64,000 bases of DNA from contig JAZDHZ010000034.1 in NCBI GenBank assembly GCA_043805415.1, forward strand, positions 37,478-101,477, given 5' to 3'. A model generated the notes under the pieces. The model saw only the letters and a program-made list of their open reading frames with translations. It was not told the origin of the DNA and did no database searches. Shown here piece after piece: positions 21,078 through 32,178 of this stretch. A program made the translations under genes and the position numbers. Source of the stretch: Candidatus Omnitrophota bacterium. Its GTDB lineage: Bacteria > Omnitrophota > Gorgyraeia > B26-G9. Position 1 is the first letter of the stretch, and each line of letters begins with the position of its first letter.

Positions 21078-22043
21078 TTATAATGTATTTAGCTTCAGGA
21101 GGTTTTCTTTGATTTCATTTTTAGGCGCTGGACAGACATTGTTTTTTGAGAGTATAGCCTGCCCTGATTCGCTGAACTCAAACTTTAGGAATTCTTTAAC
21201 CGCTGGAGTCAGATTGTCAGTAGTTATGTATTGAAACAATTTCCTTTTCAGAGGATAAATGCCTTTTTTGATTACTTCTTGATCAAATGGGTTAAGGGGC
21301 GTGAATCCTGTTTTGAACGCTAAATTAACGGCAGCGATTGAGGGATCTTTTGCATAGGCTAATCCGACAAATCCAATTGCCGATACATCACTTTTAAGCT
21401 TCTCTGTTTCGCTAGCGTCAGTTAGCTGCCGCATTGATTCGTCGTACGCGGCAATGTTCAGCTTTTGTTGAAAAAATAAGGCTTGCGCGGAAGTTAATTC
21501 TCTTCCCAAAAGAACAATCGGACAGTCATCTCCCCCAACTTGTTTCCAGTTTTTTATTTCACCGGTGTAGATTTGCCGTACCTGTTCCATGGTAAGGGTT
21601 TTTATTGGATTCGCTTCATTAACAACAACGCAAAGATTATCATGCGCCAGCACTAATTCAATATACCTGCGGTCGCTTTCCATCAGAGCCCGGATGTCTG
21701 AGGCCTGCATCTGGGAGGAAGCATTGGCAATCGTTATTGTACCTTGTTTTAACTGACTAATTGCCTCTTCTGTAGTGCCGCCCTTAACGTCAATCCGGGT
21801 GGAGGCATTGGCAATCGTTATCGTACCTTGGTTTAATTGACTGATTCCCACGTCCGTGGTACCGCCCTTAACATCAATTTTTATTTCAGGATGCGTGGCA
21901 AGATAATTAGCTGCTAAAATTTCAACAATCTTGACCATGGATTCTGATCCGGCGATTTTAATATCCTCTGCGCGGGTAGTTTCAATGTTTACGGCTAAAA
22001 ACAAGACAATTAGTAAAAAGTTCACGAAATAATTATTTTTCAT
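21078..22043 (-). CDS. periplasmic substrate-binding protein (PstS-like PBP fold) containing a 28-aa tandem duplication
   Basis: It has a signal peptide and PBP-like motifs. The start was moved to the ATG (rc 22041-22043) preceded by GGAGG. An internal 84-bp tandem repeat spans ~21721-21888. Confidence 0.45.
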   Translation of the reverse strand: MKNNYFVNFLLIVLFLAVNIETTRAEDIKIAGSESMVKIVEILAANYLATHPEIKIDVKGGTTDVGISQLNQGTITIANASTRIDVKGGTTEEAISQLKQGTITIANASSQMQASDIRALMESDRRYIELVLAHDNLCVVVNEANPIKTLTMEQVRQIYTGEIKNWKQVGGDDCPIVLLGRELTSAQALFFQQKLNIAAYDESMRQLTDASETEKLKSDVSAIGFVGLAYAKDPSIAAVNLAFKTGFTPLNPFDQEVIKKGIYPLKRKLFQYITTDNLTPAVKEFLKFEFSESGQAILSKNNVCPAPKNEIKENLLKLNTL

Positions 22044-22383
22044 CTCTAATTCCTCCGATATATTATTATTAGCACAAAAAAAAATAATTTCAAGCAATAA
22101 AAAAGTCTATTCAGCTATTTTTATTTTTGGAATATCTTCAATCCGGTAGAAAAATATATTAGCAAATTTTTCAAAAGTGTGGTATATTTAAATCAAGAGG
22201 ATAGACGAGCAGTAAAGTACGTTTAATGTTTGGATTTTGAATAAGTTCGGAAATTTAAGTGTAACAACCTCGTCTGTCCTCGTTTTTTTATGCCCAAATC
22301 ATATTAAGATTTTACGTATTGCGCCGTGAGTCGTGCGTATCGCGTAAAAGCCCCAATTTATCTATAGCTTTTGTTTCTATCCG

Positions 22384-22411
22384 CAATACTCAATACTCAA
22401 TACTCAATACT
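22384..22411 (+). repeat. (CAATACT)x4 perfect tandem heptamer repeat
   Basis: It lies ~110 bp upstream of the uvrA start. Confidence 0.9.
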
Positions 22412-22521
22412 CTGTACAGTCTGTTTTTCCCCATTGCTACACTGCTTTGTTTGTGCTAGTATATTATTCACGTTTAATAGAGATTAACCATCCTTTTATC
22501 CGCTATATTTGAGAGTGAATT

Positions 22522-25332
22522 ATGGATAAACAATCAATTATTATCAAAGGCGCGAAAGAGCATAATCTAAAATCTCTGGATTTAGAGCTGCCGCGCAATA
22601 AGCTTATTGTGATTACCGGTCTTTCCGGATCAGGAAAGTCTTCCTTGGCATTTGATACCATCTATGCTGAAGGTCAGCGCAGATATGTGGAAAGCCTTTC
22701 AGCTTATGCCCGGCAATTTTTAGAGCAGTTGCATAAACCAGATGTCGAATATATCGAAGGGCTTTCTCCGGCAATTGCCATAGAACAAAGAGTGGCAGGC
22801 GCTAATCCCCGGTCAACTGTTGCTACCCAAACCGAAATCTACGATTATTTAAGATTGTTATTTGCCAGGATCGGCATTGCTTATTGCTATCGCTGTAACC
22901 GGAAAATAACTCAACAATCCGCACAGCAGATAGTCAGTCAAATTATGCAATTGCCTGAAGGAGTAAAGTTGTATCTGCTCGCGCCCTTAGTCAGAGGCCG
23001 AAAAGGGGAATATCGGAAAATATTTGAAGAAGTGGCTAAATCCGGCTTTGTCAGAGTGCGGGTCGACAATAAAATATATGATATAAATGAGCCGATTAAT
23101 CTGGATAAAAAAAAGACCCATTCCATAGAAGTTGTGGTTGATCGACTGATTTTAAAACAAGATATTAGAAAACGGCTGACTGATTCAGTGGAAACAGCTT
23201 TAAAAGTAGGCAAGAGTACTTTGCTGCTTTTGCTCGAAGGCCAAGACGCTAAAACCGAAGAAATGATATTCAGTGAAGTCTATGCCTGCACGCATTGCGG
23301 GATAAATTATGAGGAATTTCAACCCAGGATGTTTTCGTTTAACAGCCCTTATGGAGCATGTACTGCTTGCGGGGGATTGGGAACCAAAGTAGAAATAGAT
23401 GAAGATCTGGTTGTTCCGGACAGAACGCGCACGCTCAGAGAAGGCGCGCTTGAGCCTTGGCGCAGAGGCGGCAAAGGCTATATCATGTATTACCGCAGCC
23501 TGCTTTATGAATGCGCGTCTAAAGTGGGCTTTAGTCTGGATCTTCCGTTTAAAAAACTGGCTAAAAATATTCAGAAAATAATCCTATACGGCGACGAAAA
23601 CATCAATATCTGGGGTAAGCCATTCGAGGGGATTATTCCTAATCTGGAGCGGTTATTCAAGACCACAGACAGCGAGTTTAGGAAAGAAGAGATAAATAAA
23701 TATATGAGTAATCTGCCTTGTCCTGCCTGCCAAGGCGCGAGGCTGAAGCCGGAAAGTCTGGCGGTAAAAGTCGGAAACTTGTCAATATCTGATATTACCA
23801 GGCTTTCGATCATCAATGCTTCAATCTTTTTTCGCGATTTAAAATTAGACGAAAAAGAAAAACATATTGCCCGGCAGGTTTTAAAAGAAATCAGACAGCG
23901 GATTGAATTTATGGAAAACGTCGGGCTGGGCTATTTAAGTCTTGACCGGCAAAGCAGTACTTTATCCGGAGGCGAAGCGCAAAGAATCCGCCTGGCAACC
24001 CAGATCGGATCACGCTTGCGGGGAGTGATCTATGTTTTAGATGAACCAAGCATTGGTCTGCATCAGCGGGATAATGATAAACTTTTAGATACTTTAAAAG
24101 TTTTAAGAGATATCGGCAATACTTTAATCGTAGTTGAGCATGATGAGGCAACAATCAAACAAGCCGACTATATCGTAGATCTGGGGCCTGGGGCGGGAAA
24201 GCAAGGCGGCTATATAGTTGCTCAGGGAACTTTGCAGGATGTGCTCAAATCAAAGGATTCACTTACTGCCCAGTATATAAACGGAAGTTTTAAAATCCTG
24301 GCTGATAAAACAAGACAGAATAAAAAAGCGACAAAAACACTCCAGATCATTGGCGCGCGGGAACATAATCTTAAAAACATTGATCTAACTATTCCTTTGG
24401 GCTGTTTTGTCTGCATTACCGGAGTTTCCGGTTCAGGTAAATCAACGCTGATTGATGATGTGCTTTACCGCGGACTGGCCAAGAAATTATATTTTTCCAA
24501 AGAAAAACCAGGTCTGCATAAAGCAATTAAAGGCATTGAAAATATTGATAAAGTAATTGTGATCGATCAATCGCCGATCGGCAGAACCCCCCGTTCTAAT
24601 CCGGCGACCTATACTAATTTATTTTCTCCGATACGTGATTTTTTCTCCCAAATGCCTGAATCCAAGATCAGAGGTTATAAGCCGGGAAGGTTCAGCTTTA
24701 ATGTTAAAGGCGGCCGCTGTGAATCCTGCCAGGGAGATGGGATCAAAAAAATAGAAATGCATTTTCTTTCAGATGTTTATGTTCAGTGCGAAGTCTGTAA
24801 AGGTAAGCGCTATAATCAGCAGACCCTTGAAGTAAAGTATAAAGGAAAAACAATTTCCGATGTTCTGGAGATGACAGTCGCTGAGGCGCTTATTTTCTTT
24901 AATAATATTAACAGAGTCACATCGAAATTACAGGTTCTCCAGGAAGTTGGTCTTGGCTATATTCAGCTGGGGCAGGCAGCAACAACTCTTTCCGGAGGCG
25001 AGGCGCAAAGAGTAAAGCTTTCCACCGAGCTTGCCAAAAAAGCAACCGGTAAAACGCTCTATATCCTTGATGAGCCGACCACGGGATTGCATTTTGCTGA
25101 TATTGACAAACTGTTAAAGGTCTTGCACACTTTAGTAGATTATGGTAACACAGTATTAGTAATCGAACATAATCTTGATGTAATCAGAACCGCGGATTAT
25201 ATAATTGATTTAGGGCCTGAAGGCGGGGATAATGGAGGGCAGATAATTGCCGTTGGCACGCCTAAAGAAGTGATGAGCAACAATAAATCCTATACCGGGA
25301 AATATCTAAAACAACATTTAAAACAACACTAG
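22522..25332 (+). CDS. uvrA: excinuclease ABC subunit A
   Basis: It has two ABC ATPase modules (GLSGSGKSS / GVSGSGKST), zinc fingers and LSGGE signatures. Length is 936 aa. Confidence 0.95.
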   Translation: MDKQSIIIKGAKEHNLKSLDLELPRNKLIVITGLSGSGKSSLAFDTIYAEGQRRYVESLSAYARQFLEQLHKPDVEYIEGLSPAIAIEQRVAGANPRSTVATQTEIYDYLRLLFARIGIAYCYRCNRKITQQSAQQIVSQIMQLPEGVKLYLLAPLVRGRKGEYRKIFEEVAKSGFVRVRVDNKIYDINEPINLDKKKTHSIEVVVDRLILKQDIRKRLTDSVETALKVGKSTLLLLLEGQDAKTEEMIFSEVYACTHCGINYEEFQPRMFSFNSPYGACTACGGLGTKVEIDEDLVVPDRTRTLREGALEPWRRGGKGYIMYYRSLLYECASKVGFSLDLPFKKLAKNIQKIILYGDENINIWGKPFEGIIPNLERLFKTTDSEFRKEEINKYMSNLPCPACQGARLKPESLAVKVGNLSISDITRLSIINASIFFRDLKLDEKEKHIARQVLKEIRQRIEFMENVGLGYLSLDRQSSTLSGGEAQRIRLATQIGSRLRGVIYVLDEPSIGLHQRDNDKLLDTLKVLRDIGNTLIVVEHDEATIKQADYIVDLGPGAGKQGGYIVAQGTLQDVLKSKDSLTAQYINGSFKILADKTRQNKKATKTLQIIGAREHNLKNIDLTIPLGCFVCITGVSGSGKSTLIDDVLYRGLAKKLYFSKEKPGLHKAIKGIENIDKVIVIDQSPIGRTPRSNPATYTNLFSPIRDFFSQMPESKIRGYKPGRFSFNVKGGRCESCQGDGIKKIEMHFLSDVYVQCEVCKGKRYNQQTLEVKYKGKTISDVLEMTVAEALIFFNNINRVTSKLQVLQEVGLGYIQLGQAATTLSGGEAQRVKLSTELAKKATGKTLYILDEPTTGLHFADIDKLLKVLHTLVDYGNTVLVIEHNLDVIRTADYIIDLGPEGGDNGGQIIAVGTPKEVMSNNKSYTGKYLKQHLKQH

Positions 25333-25345
25333 AGATAAAGAAATA

Positions 25346-27835
25346 ATGGTTTATAATAAATTTTCAAAAAAAATCTTAGTTTTGCTGATAAGCATTATAG
25401 CTTTAAATTGCGGTATTTCATTTGCCCAGGAAAATGAATTTAAAGATCTTTTTTTATCAAAGCAGGTATTTAAAGACGGTTTTTATGACAGCGCGCTCAG
25501 ACAGCTGCAGCAATTTGAAAAAGATTATCCCTATAGTAAACGGCTGTTTGAAGTGGAATTTCTTATCGCCCAATGCTATTTAAAACAAGGCCATTTATAC
25601 AAAGCTTCTTCGGCTTTTGAAGAATTGCTTCAAAAAAGCAAGGAATTAGCTCCGGATAAAGCCGATGAAATTATTTTCTGGAGCGGCGAGACGTATTTTA
25701 AGGGAAAAGACTATAAGCGGGCGCGGGTATTTTACCAGAAGATAGTCAATGAATTGCCGGAATCGCGTTTTGTAAGCTACGCGATTTACAATAGCGCCTG
25801 GGCATCGTATGAGTTAAAAGATTTTCCCCAGGCTAAAAAAGAGTTTGAAGATTTTATCGCTAAATTCCCCAATCACGAATATGTCGCGGAAGCGCAATTT
25901 AAGATAGGAGAATTATTATTTGAAGCAAATGACCATGTTCAAGCCCAGGCTTTTCTCCTGGTTTATGTCAAAAAGCATCCCAAAAAAGAAAACTTAGCCA
26001 GGGCGTATTGTTTATTAGGTGAAATTTTTTATCGGATGGGCCAATACCAAAAGGCAATAGAGTATTATAATATATCGCTTGAAAATGGCCCGAGCTCACC
26101 TTATGCTCCTTACGCGCGTTACGGTATTGGCTGGGCTTATTTCGATGCCGGTGACTATGAGTCGAGTTTGCGGGCGTTTGAAAGTTTTCTTGAGTTTTTT
26201 TCCGCGCATAAGCTCGCGGAAATCGTTTATCTGCAAAGAGCGGAAGCTACCCGAAAATTAGAAAAGTATGATCAGGCCCTGCAGTTTTACAATGAGCTGT
26301 TAGAAAAATTCCCCACAGGCAAATGGGTGGCCAGAGCTTTTTTCGCGAAAGCCAAAACCCTTAATGATTTAAATAGAATTGATGAGGCAATAAATTGCTA
26401 TCAGGATTTACTTAAAAATTTTCCGCAAAATCAACTGGTTTCAGAAACGCATTATAATTTAGGAATTTTGTATTTAAAAAAACTTAATAATAAGAAAAGC
26501 GCTTTAAAGGAATTTAAACAAGTTGTTCAATTAACCAGTGATCCCAAGATTAAAGTCAATGCTCTGAGCAAAATCGCCGATGTTTATTTAGAAGCAGGAG
26601 ATGTGGAGCTGGCGCAAAAGGAATATGATAAAATTCTGATTGAATTTGCCGATAGTGCTTACGCGGATTACGCGCAGTTTCAATTAGGGATTAGTTTTTT
26701 AAAACAAGGAAGGTTTGACGCGGCAATATTGGCTTTTAGTAATGTGATTAATAATTTTCCTAAAAGTAAATTTATCGCCGAAGCGCGCTATCAATTGGGA
26801 ATCGCTTATTTTAAAAAAGGGGATTACTTGATCGCGATAAAAGAACTTAACGCCGCGATTGAAACCTATCCGGACCAAGGATTTAAGGATGACGCGTTAT
26901 TTTATATCGCGACATCTTTTTGTAATCAAAAGAAATTTGATGAGGCAATCGCGGTTTATACTCAGATAATAAAAACCGCTAAAGATAAAGAGCTGCTTTG
27001 GCGTTGCCTGCACCAGAGGGCTTGGGCATATTATAATAGCGGCAAGGAAAAAGAAGCGGTAAACGCGTTTACGGAATTTATCACCAAGTATCCGGAAGCG
27101 CCGATTGTCAGCGACACTCAATTTTGGCTGGGGCAGTATTATCTGCGCAATGCCCAGTATAATAAGGCCAAAGCATACTTCGCTTTGATTATAAAAGATA
27201 ATAATCCGCGCAATGAACTAAAAGATGACGCTTTATTTCAGCTGGGAATCTGCTTTTTAAAATCAGACGATAAAGACCTGGCTGTAGAGCAGTTTGATCT
27301 GCTTAAACAGGATTTTCCGGAAAGTGATTTTATTCCCGAAGCAATAATAAAAACCGCGGATATCCTGATTGAACAGGGCAAGATAGAAAAAGCGGAAACA
27401 GAATTAAATCAGCTGGTAAAAGGATACGCGGGTTCAATGTATGAAAATATCGCTTATAAAAAACTGGCGGATATTGAACAGAAAGAAGGCTCATATAAAA
27501 AAGCGTTGCTTAATTTAGAAAAAGCATCGCAGGCAAAAGAAGCTGCTCCGGGATTCAGGGTAGAGACGCATTTTGCCATAGCCGCGATAAGAGAAAAGAT
27601 AAAAGAATATGACCAGGCAATGGATGAATATTTAAAAGTGATTTATCTGTTTCCGGATATGCGCGCGGCAGTCAGTGAGGCATACTTGAAAATAGCCGCG
27701 CTGTTTGAACTGGAACAGGATTATAGTAAAGCGATCAATATTTATAATAAGATTATTGTTAATGATTTGCCGGGAAAAGCAGTAGCTGAAGAGAGGCTGG
27801 AATGGATCAAAGTAAATATAAAATCATCCTATTAA
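25346..27835 (+). CDS. secreted tetratricopeptide (TPR) repeat protein
   Basis: It has a signal peptide and more than 15 TPR-like 34-aa repeats (A.Y.LG..Y...Y..A). Confidence 0.75.
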   Translation: MVYNKFSKKILVLLISIIALNCGISFAQENEFKDLFLSKQVFKDGFYDSALRQLQQFEKDYPYSKRLFEVEFLIAQCYLKQGHLYKASSAFEELLQKSKELAPDKADEIIFWSGETYFKGKDYKRARVFYQKIVNELPESRFVSYAIYNSAWASYELKDFPQAKKEFEDFIAKFPNHEYVAEAQFKIGELLFEANDHVQAQAFLLVYVKKHPKKENLARAYCLLGEIFYRMGQYQKAIEYYNISLENGPSSPYAPYARYGIGWAYFDAGDYESSLRAFESFLEFFSAHKLAEIVYLQRAEATRKLEKYDQALQFYNELLEKFPTGKWVARAFFAKAKTLNDLNRIDEAINCYQDLLKNFPQNQLVSETHYNLGILYLKKLNNKKSALKEFKQVVQLTSDPKIKVNALSKIADVYLEAGDVELAQKEYDKILIEFADSAYADYAQFQLGISFLKQGRFDAAILAFSNVINNFPKSKFIAEARYQLGIAYFKKGDYLIAIKELNAAIETYPDQGFKDDALFYIATSFCNQKKFDEAIAVYTQIIKTAKDKELLWRCLHQRAWAYYNSGKEKEAVNAFTEFITKYPEAPIVSDTQFWLGQYYLRNAQYNKAKAYFALIIKDNNPRNELKDDALFQLGICFLKSDDKDLAVEQFDLLKQDFPESDFIPEAIIKTADILIEQGKIEKAETELNQLVKGYAGSMYENIAYKKLADIEQKEGSYKKALLNLEKASQAKEAAPGFRVETHFAIAAIREKIKEYDQAMDEYLKVIYLFPDMRAAVSEAYLKIAALFELEQDYSKAINIYNKIIVNDLPGKAVAEERLEWIKVNIKSSY

Positions 27836-29346
27836 TCATCGCGGTCGGTTGTTTAATTTCTCTAACCGCCAATAGAAAAGCTTGCGCTGATGAATTAGAA
27901 AAGCCGGTAATTAAATTGCCGCAGGTTAATATTACCGGAAAAGGCGAGGCTGACGATAATTTTCCGGACAGCGGGATTATTTCCGCTGATACCGTAGCCC
28001 AAAGCAGTCTAAATGATATTCCTCCGGACAAGGATGAAACCCAGGGGTTTTTAAGTAGTTCCTATGGGAGTTTTGATTCTAAATTGTTTGAGTTGGAACA
28101 CTCAATGAAATCCGACACATTTTATTATAATGCCGATATTAAGTTTGAAAAAAGCGCGGGAGATAGAGAGAATAGCCAGTTTACTACTTATCGGCCGAAT
28201 CTTACAGTGGGGATTCCGTTTTACGCGGAAAATGAATTGATTGTTAAAATTGATTACTTTGATAAAAAAATGGGTTTGCCGGGCAAAACAGATATGCCCA
28301 CATTAAGTTCCGACCGAGGAAGCAGCGATATGTTTTCTTCATTCAGCTTGGCCCATAAAGCCGGCGATATAAGCTTAAAAGCCGAACCTTACTATGGGGT
28401 TTCGATATTTAATGATTATCTGATCCGCGAGGATTTTAAGAATAAAGTTGTCGGCTTAAAGCTTGAAGCGGCTAATGAATTACTTTCCCTGGAAATGGAT
28501 GCTTACCACAATAAATTAGTCAGTCATTATGATTACGGAATTTGGAGAGCTAATCTCAGAACAATGCCTCTGGATCTAACCGATAGATGGCAGACTATTG
28601 TGGGAATTAATGCTTTTGCTCAGGAAAAATTCGGACAAAGCCCTTCGCCGTTTATTGAATTGGTTTTTGAAGAAAATGATGATTGTCTGCATAAATTTAC
28701 TTTGACCCGTGAGTTTGATCCGGTACTGTTTAATAAAACATATCTGGAAGATAATTATCTGGAAGTAAACCCGCAGGAAATGCGGCCGGTGAGAAACTCG
28801 GAAATTTCCTATAATCTGGATAAGCATATCAGTTCTCAATGGAGAGCGAATTTTTTAGTTTATTATAGTCAGAAAAAAGATTCCTGGTTTTTGGCGGACA
28901 ACGACAATGATGGTTTTTACGCTCCGGTTAGTATGCAGAAAGTTGATTTTAGCGGTATAAAGGTGTCGACGGAATATAATTGGAGTGAAGAATTCAATTA
29001 TTTTCTAAGCCTGGATGTTAGAAAAATAAGGAGCAAAGACTCGGAATATGAATTTGTTCCCTTTGAGCCGAAGCAGAAAATATCAGTTGGCCTGACATAC
29101 CAAATGAATGAAAATACTAAGATAGATTTTGTCGGTGATTATTCCGGGCGAAGATATTATTCTGTGAGTTCAAAACAGAGCTCGAGCGCCTATTTTCTTC
29201 TGGGATCAAAGCTTACGTATAACCTGAAAGATTACTTGACATTTTTTGCTTTAGTTGATAATTTATTAAATGATCACTACGATGTAGTTAGAGGATACCC
29301 TAATCAGAGCAGAAGTGTATTATCTGGAGTAACGGTCAGATTTTAA
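27802..29346 (+). CDS. outer-membrane beta-barrel protein (TonB-dependent-receptor-like C-terminus ..GVTVRF)
   Basis: It has a signal peptide, alternating amphipathic strands and a C-terminal aromatic residue. It precedes exbB-exbD-tonB. Confidence 0.5.
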   Translation: MDQSKYKIILLIIAVGCLISLTANRKACADELEKPVIKLPQVNITGKGEADDNFPDSGIISADTVAQSSLNDIPPDKDETQGFLSSSYGSFDSKLFELEHSMKSDTFYYNADIKFEKSAGDRENSQFTTYRPNLTVGIPFYAENELIVKIDYFDKKMGLPGKTDMPTLSSDRGSSDMFSSFSLAHKAGDISLKAEPYYGVSIFNDYLIREDFKNKVVGLKLEAANELLSLEMDAYHNKLVSHYDYGIWRANLRTMPLDLTDRWQTIVGINAFAQEKFGQSPSPFIELVFEENDDCLHKFTLTREFDPVLFNKTYLEDNYLEVNPQEMRPVRNSEISYNLDKHISSQWRANFLVYYSQKKDSWFLADNDNDGFYAPVSMQKVDFSGIKVSTEYNWSEEFNYFLSLDVRKIRSKDSEYEFVPFEPKQKISVGLTYQMNENTKIDFVGDYSGRRYYSVSSKQSSSAYFLLGSKLTYNLKDYLTFFALVDNLLNDHYDVVRGYPNQSRSVLSGVTVRF

Positions 29347-29522
29347 GCTTACATTTTATGGCGCAATTAGTTAGGAAAAATTCGACAGCAATATAGAAAT
29401 CTCCGGACGCCTTCCAGTTTAATTTCGGAATCACAGTTTATTACCATTGAAAACAGGGTTTTATCTTTAGATTAATACCTTAAAAAAAGAGCGGCAAATA
29501 AAATTTATTTATAGGAGGAATA

Positions 29523-30209
29523 ATGCAAAACATAATATTTAAACTGATCAGCCTTATCTCATCATGCTTAATCGCCACAGGATTATATCTTAAGATCGAT
29601 GTGATAAACAAGGGCGGGCCGGTTATGATTCCGATAATTTTGTGCTCAATATTCGCCTTCGCGATTATCTTAGAGAGAGTTATAAATATTTACCGCTCTA
29701 AAATCGATACATCCAGATTTATGGATGAAATTACCGCGGCCTTAAAGCGAAATCGGATTTCTGACGCGTTAGAAATCTGCGAGCAGACCCAGGGGCCGAT
29801 TGCCCAAATATTAAAAGCCGGGATTGCTAAGCATGATTGTCCTCGGGCGGAGATCCGCGAAGCAATAGAGGACGCGGGCTTACATGAAGTTCCTAAACTA
29901 GAAAAGAATCTCAGTTCGCTCGCGACCATTGCCCATGTCAGCCCTTTGCTCGGTTTGCTGGGAACAGTTACGGGAATGGTCAGCACTTTTCAGATTATCC
30001 AGCAGAAAGCTCAGGCAATGTGTCCGGTAGATCCTTCGGTGCTTGCTCAGGGCATTTGGGAAGCACTGATCACTACAGTCGCGGGTTTGGTTGTGGCTAT
30101 CCCGAGTTTTGTCGCGTACAATTATTTAGTGGCAAAAGTGGCAAACATGGTTGTCGAGATGGAAATAATGGCCACTGATCTTGTGAATATCCTGACACAG
30201 CGAAGGTAG
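29523..30209 (+). CDS. exbB: MotA/TolQ/ExbB proton-channel protein
   Basis: It has three TM helices and the conserved segment PLLGLLGTVTGM. Confidence 0.8.
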   Translation: MQNIIFKLISLISSCLIATGLYLKIDVINKGGPVMIPIILCSIFAFAIILERVINIYRSKIDTSRFMDEITAALKRNRISDALEICEQTQGPIAQILKAGIAKHDCPRAEIREAIEDAGLHEVPKLEKNLSSLATIAHVSPLLGLLGTVTGMVSTFQIIQQKAQAMCPVDPSVLAQGIWEALITTVAGLVVAIPSFVAYNYLVAKVANMVVEMEIMATDLVNILTQRR

Positions 30210-30221
30210 GAGGACTGTTTA

Positions 30222-30634
30222 ATGCGGTTTAGAAAGCATTTAGAGCTTGAAAAAGGCCAGAAAGAAATCAATATCACTCCTTTAGTGGATATGGTATTTC
30301 TGCTGCTTGTTTTTTTATGCTTACTTCAAGTTTTATTGTCATGCCGGGAATAAAAATAAATTTACCCAAAGCCGTTACCTCAGAAGTTATAAAAGATAAA
30401 AATATCATTATTACCGTGAATAGTGAAAACATTATTTATCTTAATGAAAAACCGATCACTTTAGCTGAGCTTACAAATCATCTTAGTGAAATGGTAAAGT
30501 CAAACAAAGAAATACCCTTGCTAATCAAAGCGGATAAAAATACGCAGCTGGGATCAGTTGTAATGGTATGGGATATTTGCCGGAAAGTGGGGATTTCCCA
30601 GATTAATATCGCGACTTTACAGGAAGTAAAATAA
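30222..30634 (+). CDS. exbD: ExbD/TolR biopolymer transport protein, interrupted by a -1 frameshift in a T7 run (30310-30316)
   Basis: The N-terminus MRFRKHLELEKGQKEINITPLVDMVFLLLVF is in one frame. The remainder (MLTSSFIVMPGIKINLPKA.., ORF 30317..30634) is in another. One extra T restores LLLVFFMLTSSF. Confidence 0.7.
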
Positions 30635-30637
30635 GCA

Positions 30638-31276
30638 ATGGGGGAAAAAAATATATTTGCTCTTGCTTTATCATTTTCTTTGGCATGGCATCTTGTCGGA
30701 GGAGAAGCAGTTCATATTATATGGCCAGAGAAACTCGCGGAACGCAAATTTCCAGAGATAAATTTTTGGGGATCACTTCTGGAGGCGCATAGATTTGAGC
30801 CAAAAGATATTAATTTTGGGTCGGAAATAAAAAATGGGCAACCAGTCGGCGAAACTGTTAAAAATAATCAGACAGATATAGAGTTTAATCTGTTGAAAAA
30901 AGAAATACTCCCGGTCTCTGAGCTTTCGGAAAAAAAAGATCCGGTAATTGAGATCAACACAGCCAGCTTAGCGGAGTTTTCGATTTCGGAAAGTATAAAG
31001 GGCGAGCTTAAAAGAAGCGTATTAGTAAAGCCGGCTTTACCCGTATACCCGGAATGGGCAAAAGAATTAGGAAACTATTTTGAGATTGAATTGAAATTTC
31101 TTATATTGCCTGACGGGACAGTCGGGAGTGTGGACAAGGTGACTTCTGCCGGCTATCCCGAACTTGATGAAATCGGAATTAGATATATAAGAAAATGGAA
31201 ATTTATGCCTTTGCCTGAGGGGTCTAAATCCCTGGAACAATGGGGAATCATTAAACTGGTTTTTAATCTTAAATGA
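30638..31276 (+). CDS. TonB-family energy transducer (C-terminal TonB domain)
   Basis: It has an N-terminal TM anchor and the C-terminus GSVDKVTSAGYPELDEIGIRYIRKWKFMP. Confidence 0.6.
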   Translation: MGEKNIFALALSFSLAWHLVGGEAVHIIWPEKLAERKFPEINFWGSLLEAHRFEPKDINFGSEIKNGQPVGETVKNNQTDIEFNLLKKEILPVSELSEKKDPVIEINTASLAEFSISESIKGELKRSVLVKPALPVYPEWAKELGNYFEIELKFLILPDGTVGSVDKVTSAGYPELDEIGIRYIRKWKFMPLPEGSKSLEQWGIIKLVFNLK

Positions 31277-31527
31277 TAAACTTATCTTTTGACCAAGCAG
31301 TTGCTTTTTATGTATTATTTTTTATTATAATATTTATCGGTAGTTGTGCCTTTGCTTTCGCGCGAAAATATAAGCAATGGTATCCTAAGGAATTCACCTT
31401 GTGGCAATGTTTGATTTGCGGGTTTGTTTATTCACGCGTATTTGACGATAAGATAACTGTTTGTCCGCGTTGCGGCAGTTTTAATAAAAAAGATATTCCC
31501 GCTGTTACTGAAGAAAATAATGAATAG
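31273..31527 (+). CDS. small membrane protein with C-terminal zinc ribbon
   Basis: It has one TM helix and CLICG..CPRCG. Confidence 0.35.
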   Translation: MINLSFDQAVAFYVLFFIIIFIGSCAFAFARKYKQWYPKEFTLWQCLICGFVYSRVFDDKITVCPRCGSFNKKDIPAVTEENNE

Positions 31528-31617
31528 AGTTATAATGCTTGATCTGAGCAGAATCGGATTTCTACTATAGCCGATGTGTATACACTAAATATCAGCTACG
31601 CAGCTAGCTAAGGAGGA

Positions 31618-31836
31618 GTGTTTATGATGATAATGGAAATTGGTATTGTTGCTGGAGATATCTGGCACTATCTGGATGAAAACGGAAATGTCGCTCTTGA
31701 AGATTTAATCAAGGGAATAGATAAACCCCGGAATTTAGTTTTAATGGGCCTGGGATGGTTAGCCCGAGAAGGCCATGTTAGTGTTGAAAATTCTGACGGT
31801 TCCAGAGTCAGTCTTAGAAAAAAAGACTTACTCTAA
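31618..31836 (+). CDS. small winged-helix (DUF2582-like) protein
   Basis: The motif LMGLGWLAREGHV matches the wHTH DUF2582 family. Confidence 0.4.
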   Translation: MFMMIMEIGIVAGDIWHYLDENGNVALEDLIKGIDKPRNLVLMGLGWLAREGHVSVENSDGSRVSLRKKDLL

Positions 31837-31841
31837 AGCTT

Positions 31842-32168
31842 ATGCTTAAAAATAATGAATATATTGTTGTTTTTGTTACTGCCGGCTCAACCAAAGAAGC
31901 TGATTTTTTAAGAAAAAAACTTATGGAAAGTAAACTGGCCGCTTGTGTTGCTAAAACAAGGGTTAACTCCATGTTTTGCTGGAAAGGTAAAGTCGAAACT
32001 GAAAACGAAGTATTGCTGATTATAAAAACAAAATATGCTTTATATGAAAAGCTGGAAGCTTTGATTAAAGAAAATCATAGTTATGAGGTGCCGGAGATTA
32101 TTGCTTTACCGATTATCACCGGCAGTAAACCGTATCTTGACTGGATAGATGAAAATACGAAAAAGTAA
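31842..32168 (+). CDS. cutA: divalent-cation tolerance protein CutA
   Basis: Length is ~108 aa. The motifs VVFVT and EVPEIIALPI are typical of CutA1. Confidence 0.8.
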   Translation: MLKNNEYIVVFVTAGSTKEADFLRKKLMESKLAACVAKTRVNSMFCWKGKVETENEVLLIIKTKYALYEKLEALIKENHSYEVPEIIALPIITGSKPYLDWIDENTKK

Positions 32169-32178
32169 AAAGCACTTT

